The position numbers were made by a program, and so were the translations under genes. Below, in pieces: positions 53,928 through 64,000 of a DNA stretch of 64,000 bases (within the stretch, counting starts at the first letter, position 1; every line of letters starts with the position of its first letter). The notes beneath the pieces are model-generated. The model did not search any database, was not told the DNA's origin, and was given only the letters and a program-made list of their open reading frames with translations. Origin of the DNA: Octopus sinensis (Eukaryota); NCBI RefSeq assembly GCF_006345805.1, contig NC_042999.1, forward strand, positions 103,664,001 to 103,728,000, given 5' to 3'.

Positions 53928-54463
53928 GATGGGCTACAGCAAATAAAAGATGGGCTACAGCAAATAAAAGATGGGCTACAGCAAATATTCTGCTCAATAC
54001 CACAGATTTGCTTGTCAGTTGTTTGACCTTAACCAGTTGAGCATGTCCCTTAGTGGCTGACGATATGTGCATCTCTGATCACGAGCAGAAGTAGTGGGGG
54101 AGCATCATAGCCATGTGTTGAGAAGGATTCTTTGGGGTTTGAATAATTCACCTCTGGAAACATGGGTGTTTCGTTCAACGTCCTTAAACAACCCTTATTC
54201 AGGGACCATTTGAGCAGGATGGGTTACTCGATCTGAAGAAAATTCTAACTGGGCCCCACCTGCAAGGTCATGTGCTGTTTATCTTGATATGAGATCACCA
54301 TATCGCGCACATATGGTTGTGATGCATGTGCCTGGTGTACCCTTATCAGACGGGTAGTCATGATGGGTATACTGGGCTTCGTATATTTTACCCTAGTGTC
54401 ACTTTGATGGCATGCTCTGCTCGCTCACTCAATAATAATAATAATAATATAATAATAATAATA
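53924..54463 (+). mobile_element. (TAA)n-tailed retroposon 3' end, copy 1 (family unassigned)
   Basis: Near-identical to 54879-55383 and ends in cactc(AAT)n. Starts with a 21-nt unit repeated three times. Confidence 0.75.
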
Positions 54464-54736
54464 AGAAGAAGAAGAAGAAGAAGAAAAAGAAAAAGAAAAA
54501 GAAAAAGAAGAAGAAGAAGAAGAAGAAGAAGAAGAAGAATGGTATTGAACAGAATATTTGCTGTAGCCCAAATTTTATACCAAGACAAAACATGTACATG
54601 ATAGCACTCGATTGTAGTATTGTCGCTTTGCAGAACAGTACCATCCTATATTCTGTAAGAATCCTTAGATTCTTGTGATTTGTTGTCACCAAATATCAAG
54701 ACAAAATACCTGCTAACTAGATTAGCATGCGCTAGC

Positions 54737-54793
<57 letters not shown>

Positions 54794-54796
<3 letters not shown>

Positions 54797-55332
54797 CCCA
54801 TTACCAGGCAGTGGTTCTCATGGCTTCTGATCTTAACTGATTGGAAGCGTTATCATGTACATAGGTTTGTCTTGGTATAAAAGATGGGCTACAGCAAATA
54901 TTCTGCTCAATACCACAGATTTGCTTGTCAGTTGTTTGACCTTAACCAGTTGAGCATGTCTCTTGGTGGCTGACGATATGTGCCTCTCTGATCACGAGCA
55001 GAAGTAGTGGGAGAGCATTATAGCCATGTGTTGAGAGGGTTTCTTTGGGGTTTGGATAATTCACCTTTGGAAACATGGGTGTCTTGTTCAACATCCTTAA
55101 ATAACCCTTATTCAGGGACCTTTTGAGCGCGATGGGCTACTCGATTTGAAGAAAATCCTAACTGGGCCTCACCTGCAAGGTCATGTGCTGTTAATCTTGA
55201 CATGTCGCGCACATATGGTTGTGATGCATGAGCCTTGTGTACATGCATCAGACGGGTAGTCATGATGGGTATACTGGGCGTCGTATATTTTACCCCAGTG
55301 TTACTCTGATGACATGCACTGCTCTCTCACTC

Positions 55333-55383
<51 letters not shown>
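54794..55383 (+). mobile_element. (TAA)n-tailed retroposon 3' end, copy 2
   Basis: Same family, with ~85 nt more 5' sequence. Inserted after (AAT)n. Confidence 0.75.
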
Positions 55384-56399
55384 TTATCTTCTTTCTACAA
55401 ATGGAGAATAATGAACGCGCATTGTAGTGGTAGAGTGCAAAATGTAGTGGGGGGTTATAGCAAAATATACCCATTTTATAATAAATTTACTTACGAGCTG
55501 CGCATCCCACTATCCCTTACTCTTCCACTACAAGTGGAACATGAACAAGTTGATGAAGACTTGGCCGAAAAGGAAACTGTATCTTATTGACCTGGAGACA
55601 TGAACGGGAAAGAATCCTGTTACTACTCATTGCTTTTTAATAAAAGAAAAATTATTGATTTCATAAGCCTAAAATTTAGTTTTATTTTTTTTAAAGAATG
55701 TCTCGTTTATTATTTACCTGAACATTTTATTAGCTTTAATGCGTTTTTAGAAAGATATTAGTTATTGTATCCTGAATATATGAGGTTTGCAGCTATAAAT
55801 TTGATTTCCTCTTATCTTGAGTTAACTTTCAGAAACAATTTGAGGAGCTGCAATTTGAAAATCTATGATTACAAATACCTGTTTAAATTTATTCTTAATT
55901 ATTGTGATAATTTTTAAACCTTGAAATTAAAAAGAAACAGACAATTATTTAAATATGATATTTTAATATTAATATATATCATTAATATGGAAAGCATTTT
56001 TTATTAGCATTAAATCAAGTTTATTTTATAAAAATTCTATTATCCTAAGAATAATTTTTTTTATTAAAAGCTCTGATTAGACTTTAAAGTTGTAGGCTGA
56101 AATTAAAAAGTGCTTATTTTTAAATATTTTTTAGAAACTTTAATCTTTTTTTATAGGAAGACTCAGGCTAAATTCTGAAACATTTGGCGTTCTTTCATAA
56201 ATTTATTTTTCTTTTAAAACATACGTCCATTAATTTTCTTGACGACTATAAATAAAGGAGTTTTCTAACTACAGTAACAATTTTAAAGAAGTGAATGAAT
56301 CTAAAAGGGTTTTATTTGGTGATTATTATGTGAATTTTCTTGTTAATTATCATTGATTCCAAGAGGAAAATCTCCTCTGGCCATTTTTATTTTAAGGTA

Positions 56400-56690
56400 G
56401 AAAGTGCTAGAGCATTGCTGACCTGTGGAATTAAGTCGAACAACTGTTATCACGTCCAGGATGGATCTAGCTATCAGTAGCTTCCATCGTGAAGATCTCA
56501 TCACCACCCTCCTTTGGCCTGGAAAGGCAGGTAGCTTTGTCTGTCTGTCGGCTATGGTGAAAGGGATTTATAAAGGACGAGACTGAAAGGGCTGAAGAGA
56601 AACACTTTCCTTTTCAGCTAAGACTGTTGACTTCTTCAAGTTCCACGTGGAAAGGAAGGTGTAGGTGAAGAGGTAGATGCTGCACCCTCA
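56400..56690 (+). mobile_element. Tx1/L1-like ORF2 3' fragment
   Basis: DNA homology to the reverse complement of 8806-9170 (gacgagactgaaagggctgaagagaaacactttcct; DFFKFHVERKV). Confidence 0.5.
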
Positions 56691-56704
56691 CCACTTCGTA
56701 TAAT

Positions 56705-56889
56705 CTTTATTCTTTTATTCTTTAACTTGTTTCAATCATTTTGTCTGTGGCCATGCTGGAGCACCGCCTTTTAGTCGAACAAATCGACCCCTGGACTTAT
56801 TCTTTGTAAGCTTAGTCTCTTTTGCCGAACCGCTAAGTTACGGAGACGTAAACAACACCACCATCTGTTGTCAAGCGACACAAACGCGA

Positions 56890-56890
<1 letters not shown>
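56705..56890 (-). mobile_element. SINE 3' half
   Basis: ttgtttcaatcattt...ggccatgctggagcaccgcc...gaaccgctaagttacgg. Confidence 0.8.
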
Positions 56891-56980
<90 letters not shown>

Positions 56981-57004
56981 TTTATTTAAAGCAGCAGAAA
57001 ATTC

Positions 57005-57058
57005 AACAAAATCTGTTACTCTGAGTTTCTCGTTGCCGTTCATCAGACAGTTTTTGTT
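57005..57058 (-). ncRNA. Type I hammerhead ribozyme motif with canonical core, in a solitary PLE pLTR remnant
   Basis: aacaaaa-a-ctgt-CTGATGA-A-CG-gcaa-CG-A-GAA-ACTC-a-GAGT-A-acag-a-ttttgtt. GNRA loop II, near-palindromic stem III, extended stem I. Confidence 0.82.
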
Positions 57059-60000
57059 AGAATGGAACCGATATATCAATTCAATCCAGACTCTTACAAA
57101 CGCTATACCTTTAAAAAATGGACTTGTTTGATTGGCCCTTTAGAAATAACGGTCAATCTTCGAGCGATACACAAAAAATGAGCTCAAAAATATATATGTA
57201 TATATATATAAAAATTATTAAAAAATTTATAAAATTCGAGGAAAAACCTTACATTGAATAAAATACATATTGACGTTAATGAAGAAATATAATTAATATT
57301 TTGTGCTCAAGCAACCAGGCTAACTTGAGATTTGCGGAGTTTGTTGACTGCCCTTGGATAGTGTTTTCCCTCTATTGATGAGATTACTGTTAGTTCTTAT
57401 GGCTTTTATTGTTTACACCTGTTTATGTTAAATCCCCGCTATCCTTTGTTTCTTATTGTCCTAAATGTTTTGTGGCCGTGTGGTCAATAGAGAATGTGTT
57501 GTTGTTGCTGCTGCTGTTACTGCTGCTCTTGTTGTTGCTGCTTTTACTGTTGTTATTGTTGTTGCTGTTGTTGTTGTTGTTGCTAAGCAACAAGACGGGT
57601 AAGTGTGATTAGGTGATGGTCTAGACCTTGGAAAAAAAAACTTTGGTCGCCTTGTTGTAGTCGAGGGCTCTTCGTTGACGCCCGACACCACTGGGGGGTA
57701 GCCCTCGAAGTCGCAGTAAATGGAGATCTCCAGGTCCAAATTCTTGAACGGTTGTTGTTGCTGCTGTTACTGTTATTAGTGTTGTTACTGCTGTTGTTGA
57801 TGCTGCTGCTTTTAGTATTGCATGTCGGCGGTAAATTAGCTGAAAAGCTAGAGCGTCGTGCGATATACCGTGCGGTATTTAGTTACAGTGCTTTACACTC
57901 CGTGTTCAAATTCTCCGATATCAACTTTGCATGTCATTCTTTTGGCGGGAACTGTTAATAGAGTGTCCCTCTAGTACTGAACCTATTTCATCAACTAATC
58001 CATACCCTACTCCCACCAAATCTCTGACTTTGGAACTATGTTAAAAACAATTATTGTCGCTCTGTATTTGTTTCCTGCTTCAGAAACACGCTTTAGTATA
58101 ATATTCCTTGTATGTCTACTTCGTTTTTACATAACACACCAGGTTCCTTTCAGCTCAATAAAGTATTCTGTACAATACAATTAAGATTCAGTGAAATAAT
58201 AGTTTTCATTCGAATACATTTTTTTCCATTAATCACCATAATAAAACTCGGTTAGGTGTATGAAATGAAAATGTTAAAAAAATATGAAAGAAATCTGTAT
58301 ATTTTATATAAACAAGAGAGTAGATCGCTCTTCTCTTTAGAATATAATAAACTTTCTGTTTCCTTTTCATGAAACCCAAACGAAAGACCAAACGTATACA
58401 AACTAAAATCTATGCAGACTTTTTATTTTCATATGGCAGCTATTTTACTGGAAAAGATTGTTTAAATAAATGTCAACTATTGAATGTTTTCTGAACACTT
58501 AGAGTAAACCGGAAATGATAAAACTTTGGAACGAATAATTTCAATACTGATAACAGAAATATTGCCAACCTACCAGAGAGAATGCTATTTGTTCTTTCAG
58601 TTATGAGTGTGTGTGGGGGGTGTACATATAAATATAATACTCATAGGTTAATACATATATCATATATGTGTGTGTATGTGTGCAGCATAGTTGAAAGGAA
58701 AGCTTTTCCCTGTATACACAAATGTATGTATGTATATGTGCGTATGTGCGTATTGGTGTGTATGTGTGTAAGCGCATGTGATATCTACGTATTCATTTAT
58801 AGGGAATGTATGTATATAATAATGTTTATTATTGAAAAACATATCTCTAACACATTTCTGATACTTTATCTTACTCATTTCGGACTTACGCATCTAAATT
58901 TTAACTGCTCAAAGTGTATATAATGGCTGCACGTTTATGTACATCCTGTTGTACTGGCCACTCATTTCTGCGTATTTCCAATCAAAATTAAAATGCATTC
59001 AATTTATTGCAATGCTTCTTACGTTAAATATTATACCTTCGTATGCATATGTGTAAAATGTGCAAATACTTGTATTTTTATGCTACTTTTATTAGCCACT
59101 TTATTCCTCATTGAGTAGGCCTGTGATCCAAGGTATTCATTCATGACCATCGCCTCTTTTGTTTTCAGACATATCTAGAAAATGGCATTAACTTTTTAAG
59201 ATGCTAAAACCTGATTTCAAGGAGATTTCAATGCTATTTTCTGAAATGTTCCTTTGAGGCCAATCAGTGCTGAAAGTCAAAAGCTAATTTCTACCAACAA
59301 AATTACTAACGTATCCGTCGATGGTAGATCGAACTAACTTAACCGACTGTCCAGTTCAACTAGGACATTGCAACCATCTTATAACTAACAGAATAAAAAT
59401 GTTAACAAATACCAAACCATACATTTGCTTCCATAGTTCATCTCTAAAATACAGCGAATATACGGTAGCCATTTTGAATACAAGTAGTTTCAAATCTTTT
59501 GTGTTGTTGAATTGACTCTCGTTTACAGAAAAATTATCCCTGTTCTCTGCATATAATAACATTTTTTTCTTCAGCCATTGCCGCCATCTTTCAAAAAAAA
59601 CGAACGTTCATTTGTCGTAAAACTTCAAATACACTGTTAACTATTTCTAATCATCCTGATTTGAAATAGCCGATGTTTAAAGTTCAAGTGATGTTTCAAA
59701 CATCTATTGTTGTCGTCTGCTTTAAGGTCGGGAACAAAAGACAGTCGTTATATCCCATTGTTAGATGTTCAGTGGTGAAAAACACAAACGAAATAAGCGT
59801 TTCCTGTCACTGACGTCTTTATGGTTGCTCAACCGTACAATAAATCGATGAGGCAATTGATTTTCATGCATTTATATATATTCGTACATATATGTGAGCG
59901 TGTTTGTTTATGTGTGCGCGTGTGTGTGCGTGTGTTTAAGCATGTGTACTTGTGTGTATGTGATTTTACCCTATTTAGCAACCTCTTTAAGTCAGTGTAT

Positions 60001-62224
60001 ATTGCCTTTGAATATTTAGTATCTATGATTGTGCGTTTTTACGTTGTTTTATAAAGTGAACGTGAACGGTTTTTATTTTCTAATTTACGAAGGGGGCTAT
60101 TCCAGTAGATATTCTATGTATATCTCTCTGTATAGGAAAATATGTATGTATGCATACAATATTAATTGTTACTAATGAACTTAAACTTTAAAAGTTCATT
60201 ACAAAATACGATGAACAACGGTATGATTTAAAGAAAACACAACGCTGCTAAGACTTATAGAGTAGGTTGTCGTCGGTCATGCTCTGTATATGTGAGAGTG
60301 TGTACGTCTACTTGTGCTTATAACAAGACAGTGAACTGACCGAATCTTCACAACATCGGATTGGTTACTTTGCGCTAGTGGTACGGTTCTCTGCAATTTG
60401 AGTTCAAATTTCGTCGAAGTCAAGTTTGCTATTCATCCTTTCGAAGTTGTGACTACAGAAGCGATCTTGTCTTGGAGTTGATTCTTCTCGTTCACCATTA
60501 TTTTCTCTGTCTCCCTTTGTAGAAGAAATTTGCTGCGCTCAGACCTAGAGAGCGGAGAGATCCGCCAAAACTAAAACTTTATCCAAAACACCATTTGCAT
60601 TAGGACTATGTCCCTTTGGCTTTGTTAGAACTGTAACTGTATTCTTAACTATAAAAGCGACATAATTGTTTGCAAGACGGTTAAGTTATCACTAAACTTG
60701 AATATAGGACAGAAAAGCTATATTTGCCTGGATACACATACATATATTATATTAAAAGTTGACAATCTGCTCTGAATGTCGACGAGAACAGCATACCTAC
60801 CGACAGAATTCAGAGTAGACTGTCAACTGCTTATATTTATAGAAGATACTTTCTCAGTGCAGTGCATTGAGATCGAACCTGGAACTATGTGGCTGCGAAG
60901 TAAACTTTTTGTAACCACACTGTCATGGTTGTGTTCTACTGTATCTATATCTCGATATTTATTGCGTTAGATTTCCTTTGTGGTTCTGTGCTTTGCTCCA
61001 GTACCCATTTTACTATTAATGTAGGCTTTAGCAAAAGTCTACGGCAAATGGTTGTTCCAATTTTACAAGCTCTTTATCATCCTCGCTTCAAAGAATAAAG
61101 ATTTGAGACTTTTATCGTTACCGATAATTCAATTATTCGAGAAAAGCAATTTTATTACAAGTGCATTCATTAGATACTTTCTCTTCCACTGATTCTGATT
61201 AACTCAGTACCAGAAAGTGGAAAGTTCTAGATGCATGTACCTAGTTAAAACTTGACAAGATGGTTGCCTTGGAAAGAAATAATTTTATCAATAATGGCTC
61301 ACAAGAGGCAAAATATCAAAAACAGCAGCAACAGCTTAGAGAGTCAATCTGACATTCTTTTAATGTGTCTAGATGACTAAACTATGATCTTTTCTTGGGT
61401 AGTTTTAGCCGATTCTAATCATCTGTAAACAATTAGATCGTGTTCGAGGTTTAATGCTAATTCATGGAATATTATCGTCCATCTTTCTCTTCATCAGTCT
61501 CAGAATTCCTGCAAAACTGACCATGGGTGCTGCTTTTTCTGCCCTAAATAAAGTACTGAAAATATTCTGATAAAATTCGGACGCTCTTGAATCAGTATGA
61601 AGGTGCTGAAGATCTAATTGCAATGTTGTAGGTGTACGTGTGTGTGTGTTTGTGTGTGTGTGAGTGTGTGTGTGTTTGTGTGTGCTCCTCTGGAATCTTT
61701 CCTCACTAGAAACATTATAAACTGTTCCCGAGATTCAATGCATTTACTCTACTTGCTACAATTAGCAGTCAGATCTTCCCAAGTACTCTACCGTCTTAAA
61801 AATAATTACACATTATAGCTATAAATCTATTAAACAAGCAGACGATAAGGGTTTGAATGCCTATGATCAAATACAATCTCTTATCAGGCCTGAACTGAGG
61901 ACGAATAACAATTACAATAACAATTTTTTTCGACCATTCATTTTACACCCTTTTCCTATGGAATCTCAGTCAAGACATTCTCTTATAATTCTTATCACCC
62001 TTTCCTTTTTATTCTCTCTTTTCCTCGTCTCTTAGTAGTTACAATATACCCATCCTGTCAATATATCCACCATCCACTTAACTATTTGTTTCTCATGCAG
62101 AAGGAACTTCAGTCATTCTTTTAAGATGTTTATCCCATTAATTTCTCCACTCAAAATTTAGGTCGCAAGTACTGGTATTTCACAATGCCTGAAGGTCTCA
62201 GAGTATTTATCAAAGATCAGGGAC

Positions 62225-62274
<50 letters not shown>

Positions 62275-62284
62275 CGTCTATCTG

Positions 62285-62318
<34 letters not shown>

Positions 62319-62599
62319 CGTCTATCTGTCTATCTATCTGTCTATCTACCTATCTATCTATCTATCTATCTATCTGTCTATCTATCTATCTATCTATCTA
62401 TCTAGATTCAGATGAATATGGTACTTAAGTTGAGGCACCAGAATTTAGTACGGTATTATCCATACAATTTCAAAATAAGATGATTAAAATCAAAATAAGC
62501 AACAACTATCTATCTTTCTATCTATCTGTCAATCTATATATATATATATATATAATGATAAATCTCAGAGCGAGTTATAAACAGTAGCGGTAACACATC

Positions 62600-62841
62600 G
62601 TGACGCATATTTGCCATTTGAATATGGCTAACCCCTAAGGTGATGAAAGGTAAACACCTTGAAACTCGGGTCCGTGTGTATCATGAGTTGAAGACGGGGA
62701 GGATGACTCCCCTTCACAAATACTGAGAGGACACAGATAGTGTGTCTATAGCCAGCTGGAGGAGATATCTTCCTGGGCTACAAACTACAGTAGCATCCAC
62801 CCTTAGGGGTTAGCCATATTCAAATGGCAAATATGCGTCAC
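62600..62841. repeat. 41-bp perfect inverted repeat (62600-62640 / 62801-62841) enclosing a truncated HHR core
   Basis: The arms are exact reverse complements and the right arm abuts (TA)n. Confidence 0.9.
62641..62672 (+). ncRNA. Truncated hammerhead core (lacks C3 and the stem I 5' strand)
   Basis: TGATGA-AAGG-taaaca-CCTT-GAAA-C-tcgg-GTC. Confidence 0.55.
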
Positions 62842-62879
62842 TATATATATAATAATTATATATATAATTAATTAATTAC

Positions 62880-62912
<33 letters not shown>

Positions 62913-63654
62913 ATATATATAAGTAATCATTCATCCTTAATGAGTTATTCTCCCCACTGCGGGTGTAAATTTAATTGATTAACATATTTTAGTTGTCTAC
63001 ACTAATTATGTTAGCATCCAATTAATTAACTACGTTATACCTGCATTTTGAAATATAAAATTTATAGAATGCAAAATACCTGCTTTCTTAAATAAAAAAA
63101 ACTGTAAAATATTAGAAATATCCATTTATACAACTTTGTTTATGAGATGTGTAGGTGTTAGTGCGCTTGTATTTAGGTGTGTATTTAGTATCACATTTTT
63201 AGATGGAAGCTATGAAAACGCTGTTGCTCATCACAAGCACGCACGCACACACACACACACACACTCATTCATATATGTGTATGTGTGTGTCTGTGTTGGT
63301 GCGTGTGTATGTATGTTTCTTATACTATGGCACAAATAACTTATAAGAACCAGGAGAGACTTCCCAATGCTAGATGTAATGATTTATTCTATTTGTTATA
63401 TGCTGAAAATTTCATTAAATGTCGCTCAAGCTTCACGACTGCCGCCCCCCAAAAATAAGAAATGAGGAACTCTGACTGCTGTGTAACGAAGTTTTCAGCT
63501 TATAATGCACATCGATTCATATTACATACATAATACCATGCTGGCTTGCACAACGGATATTGAATGATGATGACTGTATATATATATATATATATATATT
63601 TGAATAATTTTGAATAATCCGTAACAAGATAATTCATTATCCATTTCATTATAC

Positions 63655-63686
<32 letters not shown>

Positions 63687-63707
63687 TATATGTACATACA
63701 TAATGTG

Positions 63708-63744
<37 letters not shown>

Positions 63745-64000
63745 TTGATATATATATATAACGTGATTTCTTTTCCTAGTGTCCAACGCTACTATTTATA
63801 AATTTCTATACCCGGAAATATAATTATACCCTGTCTGTTTGATTTCCTTGCAAAACTTAAGACGCTAAGTAAGATATTTCCGTTGCATGTCCGAAATATT
63901 TGTCAATGGCAGTAATCTCTCACTTCTCTCTCTTTCTCTCTCTCTCTCCATTTATGCATTTACACACACATAGATATATATACATATATCTATGTGTGTG

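Overview
AT-rich, microsatellite-dense animal DNA. The tRNA-derived SINE families and repeat landscape suggest an octopus/coleoid cephalopod (inference). The only host gene I can support is a + strand nicotinic acetylcholine receptor alpha subunit. Three exons with canonical splice sites and compatible phases are visible (14928-15037, 27059-27320, 28215-28488), covering loop A to the TM2-TM3 linker. I did not find the N-terminal exons or the TM3-TM4 exons in the window. The rest is intron filled with mobile DNA: several Penelope-like elements (PLEs), two mariner copies, a maT-like remnant, a Charlie/SPIN-like hAT, LINE fragments and many SINEs. The main unexplained signal is 11 type I hammerhead-ribozyme (HHR) motifs from several PLE families, some with covariant cores (U3-A8, A3-U8). 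The two intact sense-strand motifs each lie downstream of their own antisense copy in a near-perfect foldback. The other sense copies each carry a lesion, while the intact unpaired copies are antisense to the gene.
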